Source: Amphiscolops sp. MND2022
Taxonomy: Eukaryota
Length of the DNA: 64,000 nucleotides
Direction: 5' to 3'
Assembly: GCA_964187785.1 (NCBI GenBank)
Contig: OZ076409.1
Coordinates: 33,358,001-33,422,000 of the forward strand
Below the pieces are notes generated by a model that was not told the DNA's origin, did no database searches, and saw nothing but the letters and a program-made list of their open reading frames with translations. Made by a program: the position numbers and the translations under genes. Positions 1 to 14,010 of this stretch are shown here, in pieces; position 1 is the first letter of the stretch; every line of letters starts with the position of its first letter.

Positions 1-2059
1 TGTCGCCATGAAATCCATAATCCGTGTTCAAATCCGATTAGATTTCTGTAACGGCTCCTTAATCAATGGCGGGGCTAATTTCTCTCTCGAGAATAAATAT
101 TAGATGAATCAAGTTTGAGAATTGGCATCGCTTCATTTTCCAATTAGCTCGTCTACTTAAAATAGTACTTTTTACACCATACTTCGAATATAGTATAACT
201 ATTGATATTTCCGGCAAAAAGTGAACTGAACTAAGGTGCTTCAATGTTACCATATGAAGCAGTAAAAATCATTTCACGTTTTATTCATTCCCTCTTCGTT
301 TCTCCAAACATTCAATATTGAGGTTGAAAAAAATCATGTGAGACGTTCAGTTGAAAAAGAATGCTTTTTAAAGGTTTTCCCGAATAGAAATTTAGGGAAA
401 CTTTCGTATTCAGTCAACATTGCAATCGAAAAAACCTGAAATGACGGTATATTTGAAACTTCTTTTCCGTATTTTTTGCTAAAGTTTTGACTTAGGAATT
501 TTTCCAGAGTTTTATTGTGGTTCAAAAATGCATAACAAAACAGGTCATAATATCCGTAAAATACAATATTTTACCAAAAAATATGAAATTAATAAGTTAT
601 TAGGACTTATAAAGGCGATAGTTCAATTGGGAAACAAATAGTTTCCAAGACGCCCTCTTTTTGAATCTGCACTATTTTCACTATCACTTTCAACTTCATT
701 TCTCGACTACTCATTTTATGTAACCACCGTTAGTTACCCTGCACGCTGAAGATGACGCTACTTTGAAACAGAGTGACTAATGTTGAACTTTACCATTTTT
801 GAGCATTCATGTACCATTCATGTAAGATCAAAGACTGTGTACTATGTATGAATCAATTGTAAATGAAGCCCCTGAAAAGATTTTCTGCATGCATTCGAAA
901 ACATAGCTATTGCATTTGAAAACTTGCAAAACTTGATGGCTCGCAGGACAAGTTTCTAGAGGCTTTTTTTACAAATGATACAAACATAACATAGTCTTTC
1001 AACACACATGCCTCGAGGCATTAAAAATTAGTAATCAAAATCCTGATGAAACAAATTGTTATTACAAACATTTTTGTTACCCTGAATAGATTTCCTGGAG
1101 TTCTTTTTATCTTTTCTTGCAAATTTCATTCTCTGCCAAGGTGTATGTGCGTTTCTATTTTAGAACCTTATGGTTTGATTTTGAAAATATGGTGAATTTC
1201 GCATATAGAGAAATGAATGAAAGGAAGATTGGCAAGGGCACTCTAAAATGAGCTTCTGTAGCGCCAAAAATAAACGATCCGTTCCAAATGTAGAAAATTA
1301 CTGTAAGGTCTGTAATGGGTGCTTGTCCTTATCTTGCACTGCCCTGATTGTTGTTGTGTTTGTAAAGGACTGTATCTTTTAGTTGATGGGTCTGATGTGA
1401 ACCATAGGATCTCCTTCGATCCCGCTGTGCACAAGGTTGGATCCTCTGACATCTGTGACAGAAACTTCCCGCTCGGTATCTTCCCGCACGCGCTCCGACT
1501 CTGTGACAGTAGCTACTTGTTGGCTCTGGCTTCTCAGCAAAAACGAAGAAATGTGAAGTTATTTAATCTATTGACTTTTGACTCAACTTGACTAGGGCTT
1601 TTGATTCGTTAAAATCTTTAACCAGTTAAGGTATATATCTTGTTTATAGTTCATCACTAAATAAAAGGTTGAAAAAATGGTATGAATTTATGACATTTGA
1701 ATGGAATATTAAGGTACTTGCTATGTAAATAAACCATACGGTGGGTCTTGAATGTTGGTTAAGTGGTTCAGATAGTATATTTGCACAAAGTGAAAATCAC
1801 CAATTTCAGCATAGTCACATTCTATCGATGTCATATAGGTGAATAACAATGTTCACATTTTGGCACGATGACCTTGAAAACCACACATGTGAGGGGTGAA
1901 GGGTGTAATACTTGGGATTGACCTTGAAACCATATTGGTGTGTCCGTGTTAGGTACCTGCACATGTGTGCCTAGTTTCAAGTCTCTACGATTATCAGTTG
2001 AAAAAAACCCAAATGGAGGGTTCCGATTTTAACCTCTCGGTTTTTCTCCCGATAAACAC

Positions 2060-5000
2060 TTCCACAGAACAAGGACGCCAAAGTTTTTTTACTAGTCTTT
2101 TCAGTTTTCCATCTTCCGTTTTCACCAGCGCTGATCTCACCCGCCCATCGCTTCCATGATTTACTTCTAACATGCTACCCATCTTGTAGGGTGTCTTTTA
2201 GTCGACGCCTTTTCCCTTAAGGAAAAAAGCCCGACTATTACAGTGGGTAGTTTTTTTTCTTTTTTTTCTTTTTCAGCCTACAATCTCACTCTGAATGGTC
2301 CACTTTTTACAATTTGTTCATCTGTTCTGTTGTTCATCTTCTTCGACTAAATTTCTGAAGCCGGAGAGCGGGGGTTCGATTCTCGCACTAAACCATAATA
2401 TTTTTATGCTTCCAAAAGTACAGCAGGTGAGACCAAAGGGTCCCCCCTTTGGGTTTTTTTCGGCACTATGCTTTTTTTCGAAAATTTTCGGATTCTATCA
2501 GAGGGTAACCCCTTGCATTTTTTTGAAGTTTTTGGTTTGTAAAAACGTTTAATGAGCCCGAATGGCCTCTTTTTGAGTTTTTCGGCATTGTGCGACTTTC
2601 TAAAAAAATACTTTTTTTCGAAAAAAAAATTTTCAAATTTTTTTTTTGAAAAAAATAATTTTTCCAAAAGTTTCCAATAGTTGTTCTTTGAATATTTTTG
2701 AGCCTTAGATATGGCGCCGACTTGAGACGATCCCGTCTTGTTCACAATTTCATCAAATATCCGAACCAAATAATTGTTTTCCAGTCGTCTAATTTCCTTT
2801 TTTCCAATTAAGATCTCTCATTCCTTTGACGTCAAACTTCTCTGTTCAAGCTGTCCCAGTCCCAACGAGGCTCCCCTGCAGGGTTGAACTTCCATTTTGT
2901 TTGCTCTTGGGACGAATATTGCTCAATGTCCGATTGATTCCAAGCTTCTGCGCATTCTCAAACTTCTCTTGCTGCGCCCACAAAGTCGTTCCATTAGCAC
3001 TTAAAGTGCGATGAATCTCGTATTTGCAGCAAGACATGCGTCAGCTTCCAAAGTGGACACAATTTCAACATGCACAGCTCTTGCTCTCCAGCATGTGATA
3101 AGACAACACCAGCGTTTCATTCATTTCCACATGAATTTCACTTCGAATTGTCCTAAGTAGTTCTCGAGTGTTGGCAAAAAAGAAAACTCTCTCCTGCAAT
3201 TGTTTTATAGGCAGGTCTGCCATGCAAAATTGAGCTCCTCCAACTGGTTGTTTTCAGCACTTTACATACTTCAGAAGCTTGTTTCTGAGATTGTTTCGAA
3301 GTCCATTTATTCAAAATTTTCGCTGCAAAACGCTGCGAACATACTCCATTCTTTCGTGATGGTTTTTTTTTCGCGCCCATCATCAAACACTTTCCTCACT
3401 ATTGGGTGTTTCGCAGATAACACTTGGATATTTCATGTCAAAAATTGCTTCCGCAAGACAAAAGCGTCGTTTTCATCGGTTCTGATTGTCCATAAATGGC
3501 GATTTTTCGTTCAACTGATCAGTTGCGGTCAATGCCTGATAAGTTGGTCCAAAGCCATCCATATGAGTTTTCCGCAGTATCATTCGGATCACTTGCTACA
3601 ATTCTGCTGTCAGTACACCACCTTTCCTCTGACCTTTGAGCGGCAACGAAGGTTATAGGCGAAGACCAGCGTTATTCTTCTGAAAGAACCACAACTTCTC
3701 GCAGTCTATGTCCGTTTCTTCCGATACGACTTCAGAGACTTGTTCTGTGTCTTCCGTTTTTAGTTAAAACAACTGTGGGGATGTTTTTGGCCCACCGTCT
3801 TCTTTCACTCGAGGCCATGACGGCCATGTGAGCCTTTGCTCTTTGCCAATTCATGAACAGACTTTCCTCTTGCTCCGAAGTTTTTGGGGTTCAAGGTCAT
3901 CTCGAAATGTCTCCAGTGACCAATTGTTAAACTTTCAAGGATTTCAGCAACTGTTTGCCACATATACCCGTTGTTTCTAGTCCATGCAACTATAGCAGAA
4001 CTGTTTTCAAATCCGTCCGAAAGAAAATTTGCTTAATTATAACATCGTGTTGTGTATGATGAGTTGTTTCAATGGAGTCCCTCCTCCAACTGTTTGTAGC
4101 TCTAGCCGTGGTTTTGTTTGCCGCTTCATTGACGTTACTCAACTAATTTCTGCTACAAACGGCAGCTCGCGGGTCTGCTGGTCTCGAAAGTAAACTAATA
4201 TGCACATAATTTGCTGTGATGTATCCGCAAAAATTGCAAGTCCCCCACTTCAGCATTTCTTGAAAGATACTTTCGTTAATAGCATTTACACCACAGCACC
4301 TCATCATTCATGTGACTCAACTCCAATGCCCAATACTTGAGAATTATCTCGTCTTTTGGGGATCTCTTCGTCCCACGGTTACCCATGATTTTCTAAGTTC
4401 CTTTGAGAAACAATGTCAGCATCACTGTGGAATTTGGAACGAATCCCTAAGGCGTCAAACAGATAGGATAATAGGATATAACACTTCTCTGAGTGACCTT
4501 GGCAGAAACCTCTCTTCCCATACTCCGGCAGATCTCACGACTACCTGACTTCACATTCCATTGAAGGCCCATGATTGAGGGTGCCTAGGGTTCAGCTTCG
4601 AATGTCCTAATCAGCACCACTGATCTTCAGGACGTAATTCTCCCAATACTTTCTAGGAGTATCAAACCCATTTCTTTGGTTCAAAACCGCAATCCGCTAA
4701 AGGCTTTCGCAAACTTTTGTACACTTAGACAGCTGCTTCCTCTGAAGCCACGGACTTCAAAAAAACAGTCCATATAGAATTTTATGCTGACCAACTTTGC
4801 GACAATCCCTTTGTCAACTCTGTAATCTCGTCCGCAAATCATAGTTGACACATGTATGCGACTTCTAGCTCCAAACGTGTGTCTTCCAAGTTCATACACA
4901 AAAATAGGTTCGGTGTTGCTTTTTCTACACATAAATCTTGGTGCTTTGCAGTCTGCCGGAGGACCTTCACTTGGAGAAACATCGCTTCAACTTCTGCTGT

Positions 5001-7800
5001 CCATGCAATTTGCTTCTCCCTGAGTCTGAAGATACTTCATATGAGTGATTGTAGAAGCTCTGGATCGGCCATCAGATTATCATTCAGTGAAACATATCCG
5101 AACTTTGTACCCCTGGCTTACCCGTCTCACTTCGTCGGGCTTGTTCGCGTTAAAGACAGGGAGATGCGGAACGCATCACTACATGTCTGACTTAGTGTTT
5201 TCGTGCTCGTTTTTACAAAGAAATCTCCCAAACCCCTTTTTATATCCACGTAAAATATCTCTTGGTAGATTCGTTTCAACTTTTCAACTTTTTAGGACTC
5301 CAATTGATTCACTGCTGAACTGTCGTTATTTGCGAATTCGGCTTTACAACTTTCCAAAGTAATTCACCCTCTAACTTCTCTCCGTCAAAATTCGTGGTTG
5401 CCTTGACCTTTTCAAGTGCTCTCTCATCTCACTTGGCCCTCCCGGATACACTGCAGTTGGACGCATACGATTCCATACTCCACCAAGTTTCCAGTTGATC
5501 CACCAATGGCTCCAATTCTGCCGCAATTCAGTAGCAAGTTTCCCTGTCTCTTCTTGAGGCCAGGGTCCCCCGAGCATCCATCCCAACTTCGTCTGCACTG
5601 CCCAAGGCTTTGAGTGTCCAAATTTTCTACATTCTGTTGCTTTATGCAAGTGATAACATTCTTAGCCCAAGATGACTTTGACATTGGTAGAGTCCTTCAA
5701 AACTGACAGACGAGCATACGCTTCCTTCAGTTTCTTGAGGTTGTACGTTCAATTTCCCTCGTTCACGTTGGGATGACTATAAACAACAATGTTTTCAAAC
5801 CTTTTTCCGACTTGATCACCAATCGTGACTCGATTTCGTTTGGTACTGATATCTGACGTTCCATGAATCCCTGCGACGTTCAAATCAACTGACTGCCCCG
5901 TCAAAGTTTCAGCTTCTATCAAATTCACGTCTACAGAGTCACACAAAGCGAACGTTTCCAGTATTTTGATCCCCTCCATATTGTTGCTGGTATGACTGGA
6001 AGCACTCCATTCCTTCCCATTGAGGACAGGTGAGAGACCTCTTTGACTTTTAGAACAGTTTTTTGCTCCACGTTCTTGTATGTCGGTGTAGCAATCTGTG
6101 ATGAGGCACTCTGCAACAATTGACATCACCGAGTCTGCAAAAGAAGTTTCTCATCTGATATGCATCTGACAAATATTGGCAGTACTATCAGTTTTTCCCT
6201 TTTATTCTCTTTATCGACGTTCTTATCTCGAACTTCTTACATTTCCATATTTGATACCTGCCGTCTTTGAGCACCCACTCTCACTGGGTTTTCGTAATGT
6301 CATTTGCTGCGTTTGTTGCTGATGTTGCAAACGTGGAACATTTGACATTTTCTTTGCAGCTAGACCTCGCCCGATCAGCATTCTTGCACAATTCACCCTG
6401 CATATCTGCTGTATCACAGCTATTCATTGACCACTGTGAGTCCAAGTTGACGAAGATTCATTTGCTTGACATAAATGAGCGACTTCTTTTTCATGCCCAG
6501 TTTCAACTTCCTTGTGGCACTGCATAGAACTCTATTTGAGGTCAGGTCTCCCACGTAGTTGAAATGTGTCAGAACTTTCAGGCAAACACATTTCATGAAT
6601 ACAGCGCCTTCTGCACTCTTGACACTCTTGATCAATGCAGCTCTGTTGAAAAATTTTATGATGGAAGGGAGTAAATTAGCTACAGCTGAGCATTCAAAAC
6701 TACTTGAGGTTTCCCGAAGTTACGAACGAGCTTGTCCCACACATTTCACGTCTCAGCAGTGTTTACCAAGCCAGCTTTCGCCTCTTTGGCTTTGCCCGTG
6801 ACCAAGGGTTTCAAGTGACTCATCTTCAGATTGTCGTCAAAATTCGCTGCGTGGATGGTTGCTTGAAAAAGTTTCGAACATTCTGGCAATTCCAAGCGGT
6901 CACCGGAAAATTCTGGCAGCTTTAGTTTCGGTAAACTAGATCTGATGTAATAGTAGTGATTTGCATTCGAGGCAATGTTTGGCCCTTGACTTTGCCAATA
7001 TTGCTTCTGCGTGTTCGCCAACTGCGGTATTTCAAATGCACCACCCAAATTGCCTCCATTTGAAGGCGGTAACCAATTTTGGCTAGTAATTTTGGTCCTT
7101 GACGGCTTCGGTGTGGCACATTTCACTTCTAGTTTTACTGTTGCTCTTTGACAGCACCGTGGTCAGTCTTTGTTCTGTTCGTTCCTTTATTTCGCTCAGC
7201 ACCTTCTGTTGATATGCTCCGTTTCCTTGAGGGTTTCATATCCCTTGCTTCCTAGGAGCGTTGTCCTCCGTACGTTGATTGTACCTCATTCACTGGTTTT
7301 GAGACGGACGTTTGCGGAAGTACTGATGGCACGTTTGTGGACTGAACCACGTTTTCAGCTTGTTTTGCTCATCCATACTGAGAAAATTCTAAAATTGTCA
7401 CACTGTGGCCTGGTAACCCAACCGGTGATATACTTCGGAAGTTGGCCCTCAACAACTTCTAGCTTTGGCCATTTCTGTTTCTTTCTCAGCATTTCTGGCT
7501 TTGCGGGCTAGCTCTTCTTGCAAGTCAGCTAGTTCCTTTTATTTAGCTTCGCGTTCCAGTTTCTCCAGGCGGTTTTTACAGTTCTTCTTGATCTTTTGAA
7601 GCTTTAGCTCCGAATGCAGAAGTAGCCTTGAACTTGATGTTTTGAAATCACCCAGGTTTTGTTGCTTTTGCGTTTTTTCACTGAAGAAACGTATGCTCAA
7701 TTCTTCTAATGACTGTGATCTAGCTTCATTTCTTGGCTGTTAGCTGTCATCCGCGTTGTGACCATCGTGTTTTTTTTGCTTGCCGTTGAGTTTTAGCTCT
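2060..7800 (-). mobile_element. Decayed BEL/Pao LTR retrotransposon internal region (gag-PR-RT-RH-IN), many stops and frameshifts; LTRs not found
   Basis: Pao-type motifs in order on the minus strand: SSLPKLKLPEFSGD (gag, ~6900), ETFALCDS (PR, ~5950), WAVQTKLGWMLGGP (~5590), HTFGARS..KFYMD (RT, ~4770-4890), KRWCCLITCWRARAVHVEIVSTL (IN, ~3055-3120), GSDGRVRSALVKTEDGKLKR (IN C-terminus, ~2095-2155). Confidence 0.9.
2199..2741 (+). mobile_element. Helentron-associated (HINE/DINE-1-like) non-autonomous element inserted in the Pao integrase
   Basis: 5' TAGTCGACGCC with nearby CCGACTA; 3' GCGCCGACTT, short hairpin, CTTGT; T-rich site without TSD. Removing it rejoins LVRIFDEIV-KRHPYKMGSMLEVNHGSDGRVR. 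Confidence 0.7.
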
Positions 7801-7859
7801 TGTTACGGTAAAGTAGCAATTACACGGGATTGATCTGCTGCCGAGTTCACACGAACGTC

Positions 7860-8059
7860 NNNNNNNNNNNNNNNNNNNNNNNNNNNNNNNNNNNNNNNNN
7901 NNNNNNNNNNNNNNNNNNNNNNNNNNNNNNNNNNNNNNNNNNNNNNNNNNNNNNNNNNNNNNNNNNNNNNNNNNNNNNNNNNNNNNNNNNNNNNNNNNNN
8001 NNNNNNNNNNNNNNNNNNNNNNNNNNNNNNNNNNNNNNNNNNNNNNNNNNNNNNNNNNN
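7860..8059. other. Assembly gap (200 N)
   Basis: Run of N. Confidence 1.
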
Positions 8060-9319
8060 TAAAAACGCCTAATGATTATTACTGATCTTCTTGTTTGCGC
8101 CTATTTGCGGTGGCCATGGGCAACCGAGTTTGGACTACCGGCAGAAATATTGATATAACTTTTGTCTTCTAAATATTACACAAAGCATTCTTTAAACCTG
8201 AGATCTTTTGCATGACAGTCCAGCATTTTACCTCTAGACTGTCTGAACAATATTATTTGTGTGGTCACCGATGAAAGAGCTCTAAATGGAGGAATCAGTA
8301 GTTCATCGGTGACAATTGCTGGAGTGCCCAACAGTATCACTACTAGCGAACATAAAAATAATTGATTAAAATCATCAGTTTTTGTTGATTGTAACAGGAA
8401 CAAAATCAAGAACGGGAAACTAAGAATCATTGTTAGGACAATTTTGGTTTCTATTCTATGATTATAATTTTATATGGACTTCGGTCGGGCATGATTAATT
8501 TTGTTTTTCAAATTTTCCCAAATTATTTGGGTTCCGCTTGCTACAGAATACTGCAGACAATCATGTCGAGAATTTGTCTAAATTGCATGAAACCACGCCC
8601 GCATTGAGCTCTCCAATCAAATACAGCTGAACTAAACTAATGACCGAAAAAAGAAATATTGATTATTATTGAAGCCTCCTAGAGCGGTGGAAAAGGCATA
8701 AGACATTGTATTTGGACCGTTGGTCAGTTGAAGAACTTCAACCAAGAAGAACTAACAAAGACCAACATAGGACATTAAGTTTATGGCTATCTTACTTTTT
8801 AAGCAGAAGTGATTGAAGTAGACAATTTGCTTGGTCGGTTGTCCAAATTGGAAGGTTTTCCATCCGCTTTCAATTGAAGAAAATTGATTAATTCTTCCAA
8901 GTTAATTTTGTTTTCGGACTTTATTGATTAGTTCAGGCAGCATGAAGAAAGTACAAAGCGGTCATACAGTCATATTATTATTTTCTTTTTTCTGGGAAAT
9001 ACTTTTACACATTCTTTGGTCAGTTTCAACCTGTTTCATTTTTCATTCCACAGAAATCAAAATGGAGATATTAGCGTGCATGAAATATGTGACTTTATGA
9101 TCACTGATGATCCAGTAAACAAGTACAAGATTGCACGGCAATTATAGTCTAAAAACTCGGTGAGCTAGTTAGAAATGGCTAAAAGTCAAACATACAGACA
9201 GTTTCATCTACAGCCTTTGCTTTAGCCCACCCGAATGGCTTCGAAGTATATGCAAAAATGCTAGTAGAATCGAAATTATCACGGGCAAACGCGAATATAA
9301 TTTAAGGCAACATCAGCCA

Positions 9320-9490
9320 CCCGTACTGACAACAATTTGAATTCCAGGACTGCCAAGGATTCCCAAGGACTGGTAAGGACTTGTCAAGTTCTGAACCAGT
9401 CCTTACATGTGCCACTTTTAGCCTTGCAAGTCCTGGACTAGTCCTGGGGAATCCTGGAGATACCCTACCAACGACTGGAACACGGAACAA
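9320..9490 (+). mobile_element. Left arm of a CCC..GGG-terminated DNA element (CMC/EnSpm-like); right arm at ~27650-27811
   Basis: CCCGTACTGA (9320-9329) is the reverse complement of TCAGTACGGG (27802-27811); CA flanks both ends (2-bp TSD); both arms carry AAGGA(C/T)T-type subterminal repeats. Confidence 0.6.
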
Positions 9491-12400
9491 CCCAAAACCG
9501 AAGGAAAAATGTTTTTACGGTATGTTACTTTACACAAATCGTGAAAAGAGTCTCTCGTCAAATAATCATAAAAGCACCTCGGAAAAATTCGTTTATAGTC
9601 TTAGCTGGTCAACTGAGAAACAGTCGACACTGCCAGGGCTACCAACGAGCAGAGCAATGTACGAAATGCAGTGCTGTGGTTCGTTGTTTCCCGTATCTCG
9701 AGGAGACGTCCGAGTGGGACGAATTTTGGTGGACAGCAAGTGGTGAAAGTGCTGACGGTGCTAACGGTCCAAACCGCAAGTCTCTAGGTTGTCTGGGTGT
9801 GAAGAAATTGCGTTGCGATGACATGTACCATTTGACCAGAAGTGTCGCTCAGATGGGTCATGGTTCGCGAAAAGTTTGAATTTGCACCTTTTTTATGGAG
9901 ATCGTTGGTACAGGTCAGTGACATTTTTTTGCAATAAAACGACACCCTATGGAACGCTTTTAAGCGAAGAAAACAAAAGTCAGGCAAAAGTAGCCTCGAG
10001 CCCCCACGGAGTTGGGAAAAAAAGTTGACCGTTCCCGCGGCTCTTTTAGGTAGAAAAGATGTGATTTGATGTGAAAAAGTGCGAAAAATGGAAAAACGGG
10101 AAAAAATCACCTAAAATGACAGCTGTAGTCAGGTGTAGAAGCCTGGGGAACCGTTGTAAAGTGGTTTCTCGAGCGAAACACAACCCAAGGGCACCATGAT
10201 CAAATTTTGTAGCAAGTTTGACCGCTCCTGAAACCACGGATAAGCAAATATCTTGTAATTTTGGCCGTTTTTGGCCCTGTAGAGCACATAGTAAAAACTT
10301 CTGCAGAGCCAACCCTAGATTGCGCGAGAGAGCTCGCGCGCTATCATTTTCTGTTTTTGTAGTAAACGTACCATGTGGTGGTTAAAACCGCATGTGAAAG
10401 TTCCCATTCTGTGCTGAGAAAAGTGGAAAAACGCACTGAATTTGATCAAATTTCCATAAAACCGGTCTGTCAAACTGTTAGGGTCGGGTCATTGATCCCC
10501 GAACCCTAGCTAAAAAGTGGTTGCCTTTTTCGTTATCACCGCTCAAATAAACGTTAGTGCCGAAAATTTGGTGAGCCTACCGCTAACCAAAGTTGAGAAA
10601 AGTTCTCTGACGTTTTGACATCCGAAAGAGCTAAAATATCCAAAAAAAGCTGAAACTGCAGGACCGACAGTGTCTTATACCTAGGAGGCACAGCTAATTG
10701 AGGGCTTGAGGCAGTGCTGTGACCAGTGGGGCAACACGTTGACCCTGTTTTGCCTGTCGTAATATTTGTAGTGTTGATCCTCTTAGGCACTTTGTGAAAA
10801 AAAGTGTCAAAAAAAGTCTGTTTTTGCTAGAGTAGTTTCTGTACCCAGTCTGGATACTAGGAAAGCACTCGAACTTCCATCAGACCATTGAACCAGAACT
10901 CATTGTGGGTGCCCACTGGCAGCCCTTGGCAAGTTTCGTACCGATTGCTGCAGTACTTGTTGAGAAGTTCACGGAAATGTACTGCACAAAGAGGTGCAAA
11001 AGGCACATCTTTCGGATTTTTTTGGAAGTGCCTGAACACCTTAACCGGAAAATGGGGACAAATTGCAGCCCACTAACGTAACTGAGAAAGCGAAAACTGT
11101 TGTAAGTGTCTCGTGCTCGCGCCAAGGAACGTGTAATCCCCAACCGGGCTTGTTTTCTAGACTTGTGGGTTAGAAACTATTGCTGGAGCGAATTTGAGTT
11201 GGCTACCTCGACCAGAAGCAATTTCGACTCCTTTGAAGCGTGCTGAGACTGAATTTTGGTCAGGTCTTCACCAGAACGACCAGCGGTCGCGCACTCTCCA
11301 AGGAACCCTAGTTTCAAATTCTGTGACCTCTGGTTATACCTGGTTTTTGGTATGTCAAGCAGAGCGACGCATGATCTCTCTACCTACGAGCGTGATTTTT
11401 TGAGCCTCGTTGATAACCCAGTCGTGCATTCGTTGATAGTTCCTACTTACCTCCGTGCAACTCCTCACGTAATAAGCAATCGCTACACCATGTTTTGAGC
11501 TGGTGCGGTGGCTTTTGCCAAGCTACTCACGCGCCATGCAACAGCTGCATGCAAGACGAGCGAATCTCGCGCGTCCGGAGTCACAGGCACTGGTGAGACT
11601 CAGGAAATAAGCTCAATACAACGCGAGAGTTCTGGAAGTGATAGTAACTTGAGCATACGCGAATGGCCCTCTTTAGTGACATATGTGAAATCTTTAGTGA
11701 CCAACTCCTCATTTTCAGACGCAAGGTCTGATAGAGTAACTATCGATCAACAGAGAAAGGAAGAGCAAATTGCCATGGCTCTTGTCCGAGATAATTCACC
11801 AGTTTCGGAGGAACACATCCGCACTGGACAGTGGATACAGGACACCAGGAGCGGGTTAGCGTCACCTCAAACGGTTTGATTTTGGCCCAACTCAAACGAC
11901 TGTTGATGCCACTCCTTTGCGCGAAGGGTGCTAGAGGGCACCCGATGAAGGTAGCGGCACTGTCAGCAAAGACACTAATGCTATCCTTGAGAGCATGACG
12001 TGTGTGGGTGGCATGATATATACCAAGTATCGGTTGGAGGTCAGTCGTACAAAGGGCTCCGAAAAACAGAAGAAGGTACGTCCTCCGACATTTTGTGTGC
12101 AGGCTGAATTGGACCGTGACAAAATCAATTCGCGACGGTACCACCTCTATCGCCTCATCACGACGATCATCGGCGTACCGCGCTGTAGAAGAGGCGGCAG
12201 CAGCCAGAACAGCGATGTTGCAGGCGGAGGCTAAGGCACAGCGAACATTGGTACGTTTAGCGGATATTCGTGCTGAGTGCAGTGAACAGCATAGTGATGG
12301 CCGCGGAGCTTGAAGACTTGCAAAGCTCTGTAAAAAAAACAGCCTGAGGGCTACTGGCCAACAGCACACTGTGCAATCTGCGATAGTGGATGCCACGGGG

Positions 12401-12750
12401 TATCGCCTGGAAGAAATGAAGGATTTGTTCCCCAACCGGAACTTCGCATGGAAGTGCAGATGGCTGAGCTCAACACAAGGATGCACACCTTGAGCACTGC
12501 AACCCAGGCAACCCAAGGCGACAACCAGCCCAATGCAGACAACCCAACTGCATCCAGTAGTGAAGTAATGCCTGCGCGCACCCCTGTCCCACCACTGATG
12601 CTGAAGACTAGCCCCAAATCGGTGTCTAAAGCTCCCAAGCCTCCAGAAATAGCTACGAAACAAATCAAGGTGCACGTGTGCTAGCCGAACTCGCTCCCAC
12701 CCAGACAGCTCTCATCGACACTGTCACTTACTCGAACTCAGGATCGAGGA

Positions 12751-14010
12751 GTGGATCCTCTGACCACCTCCGCGTCGGTCATAAACTTGACCGACGCGAC
12801 GGCAACAGCTGGGTCCCAAACCAGCAGCGTGGACGACAATACATACGCAACCGCCAAGGTAAGAGCCACCGAAACTGGCTCAATGTTTCTAACCGCGAGT
12901 GAAGGAGTGCTCGCGGGCAACCCTTGTGCTAGTAGCACTCGCAAAAAGGATAACCCAAATAGAGATCTGTCCATGCAGGCTACCAAAGGTAGTCAAGACA
13001 ATTCCCCAGCAGCCAGTAACGAAGGGGAGGTACTCTCCCTTGAGCAGTTGCGATTCTTCGCCGCTTTATCCAAAGCCAAGTCGAAGGAACTGGACCGTCT
13101 GTTAGCTGGCCGTGACCCCATACAGGACCGGCCTAGTGTCTACCGAAGATCTACAGAAGGTTCTATTGAGGGCTGTATCCTAGTCATGCGCCGCTATCTG
13201 CAACGTACGCAGGCCAAAGCGAATCCAGATGACAGAGCTTGGAGTATCGTCAGTCATTTGGAAGGTGAAGCGCGCAACTACATAATGAACAAGGCCGAAG
13301 CCGAACGGGACACACCTGAAAAAGTATTGGGGTTGCTAGCTAGTCAATTCGGAACTGGAGGCATTAGGATGCAAGTGCGTCGACCCTTTGCCACTCGACA
13401 ACAATCCGAAAAAGAAGACTGGATGTAATACCTAGACGCCTTGGAAGGACTGCGTAGTCTGGGATTCCCTGATGAGCCTGTCACCGCTAAGCGTTATGAA
13501 ATCATGCAGCGCTTCATCGAGGGTATCCGTGACGCTGTTCCGGGATGGGAACTCTCCATCATACATGAATCTGAAACTACCGTAACTGACCTACCCACTG
13601 TAGACTCCTTGAGATTCACCACCAGGCAGCTGCAACGTAACCGACACAATCCTTCGCAACCCTATGATCCCCGCTATGCTCTGAGGTCAAAGCTTCATCC
13701 TTTCGTGCCGTTACCCCTAAACAAGATGGTATTACCACAAGGAGTATTGCCCCCACCTCCTACGAGCAATGCACCATCCAACTAGGCGGTTGTGCCACCT
13801 ACTGCACGCTTGCCGCTAGGTGCCTGTTTCAACTGTGATAAGACGGGTCACTTTGCCCGCGACTGTCCTACCCGAGATCAGGCTTGCAAACCCGCCGCAG
13901 TGCCAGAGCCCGAAGCCATGAAAACCATTTTTGAAGACGTCGTAGAGTGCATCGCAGAGAATTGCTCCGGGGTCTGCTTTTGCGTCAATTTTGGAAAATC
14001 CTGTGAGTGA
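12751..14010 (+). pseudogene. gag: E1 gag (capsid and zinc knuckle); true start probably further upstream
   Basis: AWSIVSHLEGEARNYI..FATRQQSEKEDWM*YLDALEGLR..QRFIEGIRD; CFNCDKTGHFARDC at 13825-13866. Confidence 0.88.

Noticed and set aside
7830..8072. 80-aa ORF
   Set aside because: Artefact spanning the N gap
8264..8313. 12-bp perfect hairpin as a possible miRNA precursor
   Set aside because: Stem too short and no recognisable mature sequence
9541..9879. Conserved uORF with 32760-32987 (P(F/Y)L..E(F/I)WW..LG)
   Set aside because: The similarity centres on the recurring DNA motif GAA(A/T)TTTGGTGG and there is no shared start; kept only as part of the leader finding
11740..12675. 311-aa antisense ORF and other minus-strand ORFs over E1/E2
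   Set aside because: Shadows of GC-rich sense coding sequence; no counterpart found in the other element
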